Program-made: the position numbers and the translations under genes
NCBI RefSeq assembly: GCF_000025125.1
Contig: NC_013771.1
Coordinates: 870,001-902,000, forward strand
Reading direction: 5' to 3'
DNA: 32,000 nucleotides
Source: Candidatus Atelocyanobacterium thalassa isolate ALOHA
Lineage (GTDB): Bacteria > Cyanobacteriota > Cyanobacteriia > Cyanobacteriales > Microcystaceae
Shown: one piece after another, positions 18,924 to 29,156 of the stretch
Position numbering within the stretch: the stretch's first letter is position 1
Layout of the letters: each line of letters opens with the position of its first letter
The notes under the pieces: generated by a model
Database searches by the model: none
Told to the model about the DNA's origin: nothing
The model's input: the letters and a program-made list of their open reading frames with translations, nothing else

Positions 18924-19487
18924 TTTAGCAAATAACTTAACTGGAATCTACTTTAATAAGGTACCTTTATCGGTAAAAATTTCCTGATATGAGTAATTTT
19001 TATGTTTGAAAAATAAGACTCTAATTGTTAAGTTAGTCTGTAATTTATTGTGATTCTTTCAAGATATGTGTATGATTATTGATAATTTTTATCTTTTTAA
19101 TAGAAATTACAACCTTTTTAGAGATAGATCACATCTTCCATGAAGTTGTTATTCTATATTTTTATATGACTCTCCACTATACTAGGACTTAATTTATAGA
19201 TACAAAAATTAAGTTTTGTGTCTAAATTTCTATTCTTTTTTAATTAGGAATAAAAACTTTATTAATTTTTTTAAGTTTATTGTTTCCTATAAACTTAAGT
19301 AATAGTTTTAAAGGTTTATTCATAATTCAACTAATGAATATAAATACTTATTAATTAATGTTTAGCCTACATTGGAATTCTTCGCTCTTTGCCTCATAAT
19401 TTGATTAACAAGATTTATGCATTTGCTCTTTTTTAGAGTATTAGATTTAAGATCTTATTTCATCGATAATAACAGGAGATTTAATTA

Positions 19488-20360
19488 ATGACTTTAACGC
19501 TTGCAGTTTATGGAAAAGGTGGTATTGGAAAATCAACAACAAGCTGTAATATTTCTACAGCACTAGCTAAAAGGGGGAAAAAGGTATTGCAAATAGGTTG
19601 TGATCCAAAACATGATAGTACTTTTACTTTAACTGGATTTTTAATACCAACTATTATTGATACTTTGCAAGAAAAAGATTTTCATTATGAAGATATTTGG
19701 CCTGAAGATGTTATTTACAAAGGATATGCCGGGGTAGATTGTGTAGAGGCGGGAGGGCCTCCTGCAGGAGCAGGCTGTGGTGGTTATGTTGTTGGTGAAA
19801 CAGTAAAGCTACTTAAAGAATTAAATGCTTTTGATGAATATGATGTCATCTTATTTGATGTTTTAGGTGATGTAGTATGCGGAGGATTCGCAGCACCTTT
19901 AAATTACTCAGATTACTGTTTAATAGTAACAGACAATGGTTTTGATGCTTTATTCGCGGCAAATCGTATTGCAGCATCTGTTAGAGAGAAAGCAAGAACT
20001 CATCCATTACGTTTAGCTGGTTTAATAGGAAATCGTACTTCTCAACGTGACTTAATTGATAAATATATAGAATCAGTACCAATTCCTGTATTAGAAATAC
20101 TTCCACTTATTGAAGAAATTCGAGTATCTCGTGTTAAGGGAAAGACCTTGTTTGAAATGGCCGATAAAGATCCTTCACTTGAGTATGTTTGTGAATTTTA
20201 TTTAAATATTGCAGATCAGTTGTTAGCAATGCCTGAAGGAGTCATTCCTAACGATGCTCAAGATAGAGAGTTATTTACTTTATTATCTGATTTTTACCTT
20301 AATCCTCCGGAATCTTCTTCGGGTACCCAAGATCAGGAATTAGATTTAATGATGGTTTAG
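19488..20360 (+). CDS. chlL: Light-independent protochlorophyllide reductase, iron-sulfur ATP-binding protein
   Basis: NifH-like [14 protein letters not shown], with the cluster Cys contexts AGCGGYVVG and VVCGGFAAP. It is near-identical in long stretches to recalled Synechocystis/Cyanothece ChlL. AGGAG at 19473-19477 lies 10 nt before the ATG. Confidence 0.97.
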   Translation: MTLTLAVYGKGGIGKSTTSCNISTALAKRGKKVLQIGCDPKHDSTFTLTGFLIPTIIDTLQEKDFHYEDIWPEDVIYKGYAGVDCVEAGGPPAGAGCGGYVVGETVKLLKELNAFDEYDVILFDVLGDVVCGGFAAPLNYSDYCLIVTDNGFDALFAANRIAASVREKARTHPLRLAGLIGNRTSQRDLIDKYIESVPIPVLEILPLIEEIRVSRVKGKTLFEMADKDPSLEYVCEFYLNIADQLLAMPEGVIPNDAQDRELFTLLSDFYLNPPESSSGTQDQELDLMMV

Positions 20361-20525
20361 ACTTAAAAGTGCACTTTATTATTTACTAAGTATTTTCTGA
20401 AAGATCTCAAAGTGCACATTTTAGATATTAATAAAAAATTTATAGAGATATTTTGTAAGATTATCTTTAACTTTAATCAGAGTACTTTTTATTTTATATA
20501 AAACTTAAAAATAGGAGAAATGTAA

Positions 20526-21926
<1,401 letters not shown>

Positions 21927-22016
21927 GTTTATAAAGTGGTTTTATTTATAAATATTAAATCTTTACAAATAAAATTTTAATTAATATTCTGAAATTATAA
22001 AGAAATAAAAAGCGTG

Positions 22017-22064
22017 ATAAAACTATATCTTTTATAGAAAAGTAAAAGATATAGTTTTATTTTT
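22017..22064. terminator. Intrinsic terminator between convergent chlN and the 2Fe-2S ferredoxin/cobQ unit
   Basis: A perfect 18-bp stem (ATAAAACTATATCTTTTA 22017-22034 pairing with TAAAAGATATAGTTTTAT 22043-22060) with an 8-nt loop, followed directly by TTTT. On the minus strand a T-run follows after a 6-nt spacer. Confidence 0.75.
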
Positions 22065-22130
22065 GAATTGAGTATTTATGCATATGTATTAAAATCTTAG
22101 ATTATGTATCCAGAAGAATCGTATTAAATA

Positions 22131-22370
22131 TTACCATCCTATATCAGTATATAAATTGATATTTACATATTTACTCCCTGAAGGTATTGCACTAATACAA
22201 GCGCAAATACTTTCACCTTCGTCCAACTCTACTTCACATGCATGACAATATCCCATCAAACATCCCGTAGGAATGCTAATACCAGCTCGCTTTGCCACCT
22301 CAAGTATTGGCTCTCCAATTTCAGCTTCAACAATAATATTATCAGGTAAAAAACTAACTTGAACTTTCAT
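22131..22370 (-). CDS. Small 2Fe-2S ferredoxin-like protein
   Basis: 79 aa with an ATG start and a beta-grasp-like N-terminus (KVQVSFLPDNIIVEAEIGEPILEVAKRAGISIPTGC). The Cys pattern is C-x4-C-x2-C followed only 10 residues later by C-x-C. It starts 18 nt after the cobQ stop on the same strand. Confidence 0.75.
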   Translation of the reverse strand: MKVQVSFLPDNIIVEAEIGEPILEVAKRAGISIPTGCLMGYCHACEVELDEGESICACISAIPSGSKYVNINLYTDIGW

Positions 22371-22388
22371 AAAGTATTTTTTAGGTAG

Positions 22389-23873
22389 CTATTTTAATAG
22401 TGGTGTTAAATCTACGAAATCTTCAACTAAATTTGCTATGTTATCAAGTTCTTTTTCACGTTGTTCTAGATGATTTACAACCTCTGTTGAAAGAGGAGGT
22501 AAGCGTTTTTTCCTCCTTAAATTATTTAACCACATTCTTCTCCACGTACCATTTTCAAAGATTCCGTGCAAATAACATCCCCATATAGTCAGGTTTTTAT
22601 TGACAACTCCTAATGTAGAATCATCAAATAAATAATATAATTGACTATCCTGAGTAGTTTCTAAATCTTTTGAAAAACTTGTAACTCCTTGATGTATTTC
22701 ATATCCCATAGCACTAAAGCCTGCATAGGGATAATTTGAAAAAGTTTCTCGTTTACATACTATTTTCTTGGAAGTTATTTCAGTCTCCATAGGCAATAGT
22801 TCTAGTCCTGAGCATATTTTATATTCTCCTTCGATCTTATTAGGATCGAAAATTGCTTCTCCCAACATTTGAAATCCTCCACAGATTCCTAGGATAACTC
22901 CTCCCCTCTTCAAATATTCTTTTATTTGTATAGCCATTCTGCTTTCATGAAGAGCCATTAAATCACTGATAGTAGTTTTTGAACCTGGAATAATGAGAAC
23001 ATCAGGATTGCCTATATTTTGATTCAAATCTAGATATTTTACTTCAACAGACCTTTCATATTCTAGAGGCTCAAAATCCGTAAAATTAGCTATATGAGGT
23101 AGTTTTAGGATTGTAACACTAATATCTTTTGAACTGTTTTCTGGAACCCTATTTAATAGATCAAGAGAATCTTCAGAAGGAAACATAATATCTTTCCAAG
23201 GAATTACTCCTAAAACAGGAATTTTAGTATAATTTTCTAACCATTTAATTCCTGAATTTAAAAGTCGTCTTTGACCTCGAAATTTATTAATAATAATACC
23301 TTTAATGAGCGAACGTTCAGTTTTATCTAATAATTGTAATGTTCCTACAACATGAGCAAATGCTCCCCCTCTATCAATATCTACTATTAGTACAGTACTA
23401 GCGTGCAAATATTTAGCAATCCTCATATTTGTTAAGTCTCTATACTTCAAGTTAATTTCTGCTGGGCTTCCTGCACCTTCACATACACAAAAATCAAATT
23501 CTGATTGTAAACTTCTCAAAGATGTTTTAATAGCTTTCCACCCTACTTTGAAATAATTTTGGTAGTAGTCTTCTGCTGAGGTTACTCCAACTACTTCACC
23601 ATTAAGAATAACTTGTGATGTCATATTTCCTTGTGGCTTTAGTAAAATTGGATTATTTTCCACCCTAGGTTCAATTTTTGCAGCCCAAGCCTGTACTGCT
23701 TGAGCATAACCAATTTCTTTCCCATCTTGGGTGACATAGGCATTAAGTGCCATGTTTTGTCCCTTAAATGGCGAAACTTTCCATCCTTGACGAACTAAAA
23801 TTCTACAAAGAGCAGTAGTGAGAAAAGATTTACCTGCATGAGACGTAGTTCCTACAACCATGATGGTTTTCAT
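22389..23873 (-). CDS. cobQ: Cobyric acid synthase
   Basis: N-terminal P-loop VGTTSHAGKS, and a C-terminal glutamine amidotransferase domain with GICGGFQMLG and YEIHQG. 494 aa, the typical CobQ/CbiP length. Confidence 0.93.
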   Translation of the reverse strand: MKTIMVVGTTSHAGKSFLTTALCRILVRQGWKVSPFKGQNMALNAYVTQDGKEIGYAQAVQAWAAKIEPRVENNPILLKPQGNMTSQVILNGEVVGVTSAEDYYQNYFKVGWKAIKTSLRSLQSEFDFCVCEGAGSPAEINLKYRDLTNMRIAKYLHASTVLIVDIDRGGAFAHVVGTLQLLDKTERSLIKGIIINKFRGQRRLLNSGIKWLENYTKIPVLGVIPWKDIMFPSEDSLDLLNRVPENSSKDISVTILKLPHIANFTDFEPLEYERSVEVKYLDLNQNIGNPDVLIIPGSKTTISDLMALHESRMAIQIKEYLKRGGVILGICGGFQMLGEAIFDPNKIEGEYKICSGLELLPMETEITSKKIVCKRETFSNYPYAGFSAMGYEIHQGVTSFSKDLETTQDSQLYYLFDDSTLGVVNKNLTIWGCYLHGIFENGTWRRMWLNNLRRKKRLPPLSTEVVNHLEQREKELDNIANLVEDFVDLTPLLK

Positions 23874-23922
23874 TGCAAACTCTTAGCTCCGTAATTGAAA
23901 TTATTATTTTTCATTTTAAATA

Positions 23923-24318
23923 TTAAATAAAAGAGTTTAAATAATATAGAAACTTATCAGACATTTGATCCAGTAGCGATAGTTTAGGTATATTTGTGCT
24001 CTTAGTTTGCCATTTTTCCACTATTTTTTTTCCTAGAGGAGTTAGACGAAAACTATCTGTGATACCTTGTCCATCAACCTCTCTTCTCAAGATACCTACT
24101 TTTATTAACCATATTAACTTTTGTTCTATCTTTTGTTCAGATAAGAATTTTAAAGTTTGTCTTTCTTTTGTTTTTCTTGTATTAACAATTTTAGAGAAGG
24201 AAACACTTTCTTTTTTCATTGTTATAAATAAGTCTAGAGAAAAAGGAGAACATAATAATGCTCTTTCTGCTCGAAATATTGAACCCTTGGTATCAAAATT
24301 ACTAAAAAATAAGGTCAC
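23923..24318 (-). CDS. Small conserved hypothetical protein, possible winged-helix fold
   Basis: The track ORF has a GTG start at 24318 and an in-frame ATG at 24219 (98 aa). LIWLIKVGILRREVDGQGITDSFRLTPLGKKIV looks like a recognition helix plus wing. Neither start has an SD, so the start is uncertain. Confidence 0.5.
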   Translation of the reverse strand: MTLFFSNFDTKGSIFRAERALLCSPFSLDLFITMKKESVSFSKIVNTRKTKERQTLKFLSEQKIEQKLIWLIKVGILRREVDGQGITDSFRLTPLGKKIVEKWQTKSTNIPKLSLLDQMSDKFLYYLNSFI

Positions 24319-24428
24319 AATCTTTATAATTATTAATTTGGAAGAGATTCTTTATTATGAAAGGTTTTCTATCTTCATGTAAAGTTTTATATTTAAACTA
24401 ATAACTTTATTGTTTATGAAAAAATATT

Positions 24429-24863
24429 ATGACTTTATCTGTTAAAACCATTGCACCCGATTTTGTTGCTTTTGATGAGGAAGGAAAAAGAGTTTGCTTA
24501 TCAGAATACAAGGGTAAAAACATTGTTCTGTATTTTTATCCAAAAGATGATACTCCTGGTTGTACGCAAGAGGCTCAAAGTTTTCGGGATAATTATAAGA
24601 AATATGAAGATAAAAATATAATTATTTTTGGTGTAAGTATGGATAATCAAAAATCTCATAAAGCTTTTAAGGAAAAACTCAATTTACCTTTTCAACTTTT
24701 AGTAGATGAGCAAGGAAAATTAACTGATCTTTATGATGTTGCGGGAGGGGATTATTCTAAGCGAGTTACATATATTATTGATAAAGAAGGAGTAATTTGC
24801 CATATTGATGACAAAGTTATTACTAATACTCATGCCCAAGATATTTTAGAGAAAATGAGCTAG
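24429..24863 (+). CDS. bcp: Peroxiredoxin, BCP/PrxQ type
   Basis: Contains YFYPKDDTPGCTQEA (the peroxidatic Cys context), and FGVSMDNQKSHKAFKEKLNLPFQLLVD. 144 aa. Confidence 0.9.
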   Translation: MTLSVKTIAPDFVAFDEEGKRVCLSEYKGKNIVLYFYPKDDTPGCTQEAQSFRDNYKKYEDKNIIIFGVSMDNQKSHKAFKEKLNLPFQLLVDEQGKLTDLYDVAGGDYSKRVTYIIDKEGVICHIDDKVITNTHAQDILEKMS

Positions 24864-25122
24864 ATCAGGCAGTTTTAGATTAGCTTTTTTCATAAAAACC
24901 ATCTCTAAGTTAATACTGTAGATAGTATTTCTAAAAAGTAATATCTATAGTATTGAGAATATCTATAAAACTTTATATCTAAGTTTATTATTTTTGGCTT
25001 ATGAGAAATTTATATTTTAGACAATTGATTTATTTTTAATCCTTGCAAATTCAACTAATATATGAGATTATAATGGCTTGTGTATAAATATAAACCAATA
25101 GCTTAAGTTGTTAGGTTAAATT

Positions 25123-25317
25123 ATGGCTAGTAAAAAAGGTGTTCGACTTATTATCACTCTTGAGTGTACAGAATGTCGGACGAATACAACAAAGCGTTCA
25201 TCTGGAGTTAACCGTTATACTACCAGTAAAAATCGTCGTAATACTACTGCACGGTTAGAACTTAAGAAGTTTTGTCCCCATTGCAACAAACATACTACTC
25301 ATAAAGAAATTAAGTAG
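25123..25317 (+). CDS. rpmG: 50S ribosomal protein L33 (zinc-ribbon form)
   Basis: LECTECR...[33 protein letters not shown], with both CxxC pairs present. Confidence 0.95.
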   Translation: MASKKGVRLIITLECTECRTNTTKRSSGVNRYTTSKNRRNTTARLELKKFCPHCNKHTTHKEIK

Positions 25318-25349
25318 TATCTTAATAAAAAATATAAAGAAAGTTAAGC

Positions 25350-25565
25350 ATGAGCTATTATCGTAAACGTCTATCCCCTATACCTCCTAAACAACCAATA
25401 GATTATAAAGATACTGAATTGCTTAGGAAGTTTATTACTGAACGAGGCAAAATTCTTCCTCGACGCATTACGGGTCTGACAGCAAAACAACAGAGAGCGT
25501 TAACGACAGCAGTTAAACGAGCAAGAATTCTTGCCTTATTGCCTTTTGTTAATAAGGAAGCCTAA
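25350..25565 (+). CDS. rpsR: 30S ribosomal protein S18
   Basis: [50 protein letters not shown]. It lies 32 nt after rpmG. Confidence 0.95.
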   Translation: MSYYRKRLSPIPPKQPIDYKDTELLRKFITERGKILPRRITGLTAKQQRALTTAVKRARILALLPFVNKEA

Positions 25566-25580
25566 TTTATCTCTCTTTTA

Positions 25581-25637
25581 GATATCAAGGGGTTGATATT
25601 TCAGAATATTTCTTCAAAAATTAACCCCTTAAATATC
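25581..25637 (+). other. Interrupted stem-loop between rpsR and the RNase II/R gene
   Basis: AAGGGGTT (25587-25594) pairs with AACCCCTT (25623-25630). The stem is extended by GATAT (25581-25585) pairing with ATATC (25633-37) across a small bulge, with a 28-nt apical loop. No clear U-tract follows. Confidence 0.4.
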
Positions 25638-25720
25638 AGAATAAGTCTAAAAAACTAATTAAAGACATGAAGCTATAGACAATTAAAGACAAATATTAAA
25701 AAAATTAAGGCACGAAGCGG

Positions 25721-27736
25721 GTGGAAAAAGGTAAGCTAATTGAGTTTAGGATCAACGGAGAACGTCGCTTAGCTGTCGTTGATCGTCCAGAAGGAAAAAA
25801 AGATTGGATTGTAATTGATAGTGAAGGAAGTTCATACAAATTAAGGCAACAAAAAATAGAATACGAAGTGATAGGTGGACCTTATATTGCTAGTCAAATT
25901 CTTGAATTTATTGAAGATGCTAACTCTTATCTAGATCCATCCAGCCTAGAAGTAGCGTGGGAGTTACTAGTAGAGGAGAAAAGAACTTTTACATCAGAAG
26001 AAATGGCAAATTTTCTTTTTTCTGTACATTCTTCTGAGGCTTGCTATGCCGCTTATTGCTTACTTTCTGACGATAAGATTTATTTTAAAAAGAAAGGGGA
26101 GGTCTATGAAGCTCGCTCTCCTGGACAAGTTGAAGAAATCAAACACCAAATTGAGATCGAGAATCAACGTCAGCGAGATAAAGAGGTCTTTTTTAATAAC
26201 ATCCATCGCAGAATAGCTGGGGAAGAAATAAAATGGACTGAAAAAGATTGTAGTAAGCTAGAACTATTAGAAAAATTTGTTCTACAGCCTGATCAAAATC
26301 ATCGAAATGCGCAAGATCTTCTTAAGGAGTTAGGACAAATTATTAGTCCAAATGCTGCATTTGATTTTTTAGTAAGTATTGGGTGGTGGAGTCCAAATGA
26401 AAATTTATTCTTAAAGCGTAGCTCTTATCCTATTAATTTCCCTAAAAAGGTACTAGACGTGGCTTCTTCTTCTCTAGAAAATCTACCCTTAAATTTTAAC
26501 AATGAACGTATAGATTTGACCCATTTGAAAGTCTATACTATAGATGACGAAAGTACTGAAGAAATTGATGATGGACTAAGTGTGGAAGTCTTAGAAAATA
26601 ATATTATCAAGTTATGGATACATATAGCTGATCCTACTTACTTAATCAGTCCAGGAGACGAACTCGATTTAGAAGCGAGAAAACGAAGTACAACTTTATA
26701 TTTGCCAACAGGGACAATTTCTATGTTTCCGACAGAATTAGCAACTGGTCCTATGAGTTTAAGACAAGGTCAATTATGTCCTTCATTAAGTTTTGGGGTC
26801 ATTCTGGATGAAAATGGTGCTGTTCTTGACTACTCTATTAATACTAGCTTTATTAAGCCCACTTATCGTTTAACCTATAATGACGTTAATGAAATATTGC
26901 AATTAGGTATAACTGCTGAACCAGAATTAGCCATTTTAGCTAAAGCATCAAAACAAAGATATTGTTGGAGAAAATCTCAAGGATCAATTACTATTAAAAT
27001 GCCAGAGGCATCTATTAAAGTTAAGTCTGAAGATGAAATTATAATTGATTTATTAGAAACATCTGTTTCTCGGCAGCTAGTGGCAGAAATGATGATTCTT
27101 GCTGGTGAAGTAGCTGGAGATTATTGTAAAAAAAATAATATTCCTGTCCCTTTTAGAGGACAGCCACAGCCGGAGTTACCTTCAGAAGAGGAACTGTTAC
27201 TATTGCCTGCTGGGCCAGTTAGATCATGCGCATTACGCCGTTGTATGCCTAAAGGAGAGATGGCAACTATCCCATATCGTCATTCAAGCTTAGGGTTAGA
27301 TTATTATACTCAAGTAACTTCTCCTATACGACGCTATACAGATTTGTTAACCCATTTCCAGATAAAAGCTCATCTTAGCAATCAATCATTACCATTTACA
27401 CTAGATATGATGCAAAACATACTATATAGTGTTACTCTTTCTGCACAAGAAGCATCATTTGTTGAAAGGCAAACTAACAGATATTGGGGATTAGAATTTC
27501 TACGCCGTAATACTGATCAGGTATGGCAGGGATTAGTACTACGCTGGCTAAGAGAGGACGAAGGCTTAGGAATAATTCTCTTAGAAGAATTAGGATTAGA
27601 ATTACCTCATTATTTTGAGCGATCAGTTCAGTTAGGTGACCATATTAATGTGCAAGTAAGTCGTTCTGATCCATATCGAGATGAAATCCGTTTCCGCGAA
27701 GTATTCAAAGATGAAGTTGAAATGCAAAAAATTTAA
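25721..27736 (+). CDS. rnb: Exoribonuclease, RNase II/R (RNB) family
   Basis: N-terminal OB/CSD-like region, RNB motifs IDDESTEEIDDGLSV, HIADPT and VTSPIRRYTDLLTHFQ, and a C-terminal S1-like end. The GTG start gives MEKGKLIEFR...RRLAVVDRPEGKKDW, matching recalled cyanobacterial homologue N-termini. Confidence 0.9.
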   Translation: MEKGKLIEFRINGERRLAVVDRPEGKKDWIVIDSEGSSYKLRQQKIEYEVIGGPYIASQILEFIEDANSYLDPSSLEVAWELLVEEKRTFTSEEMANFLFSVHSSEACYAAYCLLSDDKIYFKKKGEVYEARSPGQVEEIKHQIEIENQRQRDKEVFFNNIHRRIAGEEIKWTEKDCSKLELLEKFVLQPDQNHRNAQDLLKELGQIISPNAAFDFLVSIGWWSPNENLFLKRSSYPINFPKKVLDVASSSLENLPLNFNNERIDLTHLKVYTIDDESTEEIDDGLSVEVLENNIIKLWIHIADPTYLISPGDELDLEARKRSTTLYLPTGTISMFPTELATGPMSLRQGQLCPSLSFGVILDENGAVLDYSINTSFIKPTYRLTYNDVNEILQLGITAEPELAILAKASKQRYCWRKSQGSITIKMPEASIKVKSEDEIIIDLLETSVSRQLVAEMMILAGEVAGDYCKKNNIPVPFRGQPQPELPSEEELLLLPAGPVRSCALRRCMPKGEMATIPYRHSSLGLDYYTQVTSPIRRYTDLLTHFQIKAHLSNQSLPFTLDMMQNILYSVTLSAQEASFVERQTNRYWGLEFLRRNTDQVWQGLVLRWLREDEGLGIILLEELGLELPHYFERSVQLGDHINVQVSRSDPYRDEIRFREVFKDEVEMQKI

Positions 27737-27858
27737 TACTATATGACTAGAACCAATTAATGTTTTCTTAAATAAGTTTAAAAAAACAATTTCTAATGTA
27801 ATTTTTATGAATAAAAGTTTATCTCAATCAAGAATAGTAATGATTTTAGAAGAGATAA

Positions 27859-27900
27859 AGAGGAAATCAAGACTTTCCATGTTTCGTCTTGGTTTCCTCT
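27859..27900 (+). other. Strong 15-bp stem-loop in the rnb / ArgRS-like convergent spacer (terminator or 5' hairpin of an sRNA)
   Basis: AGAGGAAATCAAGAC (27859-27873) pairs with GTCTTGGTTTCCTCT (27886-27900), with one G-U pair and a 12-nt loop. It is unusually G+C-rich for these spacers and has no immediate U-tract on either strand. Confidence 0.55.
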
Positions 27901-28002
27901 TCTAATTCACTCTTCACACCATGTATTAGTTTATATGAAAATTTTAATGTTGAAGTATTACTTAAGTCTTTTTTAATTTTAGAAGCAACTACAAAGCATA
28001 TT

Positions 28003-28905
28003 TTAAATTTTATTAGAATATAATTGCTGCAATAGATCTTTTACCATAGCCACTAAATTTAATCTTGCTTGAGATTTTTTTATGTCTTCCAATTTGTTAT
28101 ACGAGAAAATACGACAAGAACGCTCAAATTCTAAAAAATAATAACTAAGTATTAGTGTTTGTTTAATGTTATTTTTTTTATGTTCATCTGTCTTAGAGTC
28201 TAGCATTATGAAAATTTGAGAAATCAATTGCCTCTCTGCAAAAGAATTTAATAATAATTCTTTAGACTCTATATCATGAACAAAAGTATACTCTTTATCA
28301 TTTGAATTCGAAAATTCAATATTTGCTTTTACTATTATTTCTTGCTCTTGTGCCAAATGTATCAAGTTACAACAACGCATATAGGCATATTGAATAATAT
28401 ACAAAGAATTATATAGTTCATTATTGTGAATAGTCTGTTTTGTTGATATTTGAGAAATATAATTATTTTTTAGCCATGAGAATAAACATTCATCATCTAA
28501 TGTGAATTCTAAAAAACCCGGTTCAATTAGTTTTAAAATAAATTTCAGATATAGTGAACTTAGAGTATGGCCTATATATTTTTGCTCTTTCTTTACTAAG
28601 GTATAGGAATTCTCTATCCATTCAAAAATTTCTTCAGCTAGTACTATTGGCGGATAAGATGATTTATTGGTTAGGTGAAAAGCTATAGTACAATGATATG
28701 TTATTGAGTAAGGATAAGATGAAAAAGAATAATTGAAGCGGTTGATAGGAATAGACCTTTTTAAGTGAATAACATCAATATCTTTTATTTTTTCAAGTTT
28801 TACTAGCTGTGAATATACGAAAAATCTGAGATGTTGTTGAATTGAAATATTAGTTTGTTTGATAAGTATAGGATAAATAGCTCTTATAACTTTATCATTT
28901 TTCAT
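28003..28905 (-). CDS. ArgRS-like protein lacking the catalytic core (Arg-tRNA-synthetase N-domain-like plus DALR anticodon-binding-like)
   Basis: 300 aa. Residues around 165-300 carry the DALR hallmarks: LYIIQYAYMRCCNLIHLA (compare YVQYAHARICS in ArgRS), ERQLISQI, LILSYYFLEFERSCRIF, and ARLNLVAMVKDLLQQ (compare ARLAL...). Residues around 60-150 resemble the ArgRS N-terminal add-on domain: YHCTIAFHLTNKSSYPPIVLAEEIFEWI ... LKLIEPGFLEFTL (compare GDYA.N.A..LAK....P..IAE.I ... GPGFINF.L). No HIGH or KMSK Rossmann segment lies between them. Confidence 0.65.
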   Translation of the reverse strand: MKNDKVIRAIYPILIKQTNISIQQHLRFFVYSQLVKLEKIKDIDVIHLKRSIPINRFNYSFSSYPYSITYHCTIAFHLTNKSSYPPIVLAEEIFEWIENSYTLVKKEQKYIGHTLSSLYLKFILKLIEPGFLEFTLDDECLFSWLKNNYISQISTKQTIHNNELYNSLYIIQYAYMRCCNLIHLAQEQEIIVKANIEFSNSNDKEYTFVHDIESKELLLNSFAERQLISQIFIMLDSKTDEHKKNNIKQTLILSYYFLEFERSCRIFSYNKLEDIKKSQARLNLVAMVKDLLQQLYSNKI

Positions 28906-29156
28906 ATATGTTATGAGGTAATTAATGTAGTTAAAGAATTGATATAAATATCTTCCATAATTATCAAATAATATTTATATTAGTAATTTATTTTGCCCTT
29001 AAAAACACTAATATGCAGTTATGTTATAGTAGATATTGTGAATCTATTATGTAAATGAGACTGATCATAGTAGAGTAATGTTTTCGAGCAAAAAATCTAT
29101 CAACTAAATTAGCAACTGTTCTGAAAAGTAATTATTTAATAGGAGAATTTCATCTG

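Noticed and set aside
19448-19457. 10-bp perfect palindrome TAAGATCTTA 31 nt upstream of chlL, considered as a possible operator
   Set aside because: With this base composition I estimate dozens of 10-bp perfect palindromes per 32 kb by chance, so it is not significant on its own.
20520-20525. ATG-TAA start-stop mini-ORF between the chlN SD and the chlN ATG
   Set aside because: The ATG is only 2 nt from the AGGAG, too close for initiation. The same SD is at a workable 11 nt from the real chlN ATG, so the mini-ORF is probably coincidental.
22400-22588. 62-aa plus-strand ORF (GTG start)
   Set aside because: It is antisense inside the cobQ 3' end.
23996-24382. 128-aa plus-strand ORF
   Set aside because: It is antisense to the 23923..24318 hypothetical gene. 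Of the two, the minus-strand frame has a charged, globular, winged-helix-like sequence, while this one is F/I/L/S-rich. The choice is less certain than for the other shadow ORFs.
25043-25074. TTGCAA ... TATAAT pair upstream of rpmG, considered as a sigma-70 promoter
   Set aside because: The TATAAT (25069-25074) is perfect, but the spacing to TTGCAA is 20 nt, outside the usual 16-19 range. In such AT-rich DNA, -10-like hexamers are ubiquitous. A promoter here is plausible but is not supported by the sequence alone.
27807-27905. 32-codon ORF (MNKSLSQSRIVMILEEIKRKSRLSMFRLGFLF) spanning the 27859-27900 hairpin
   Set aside because: It has no SD, and most of its length is simply the two arms of the hairpin read as codons. 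An RNA-structure explanation is more economical.
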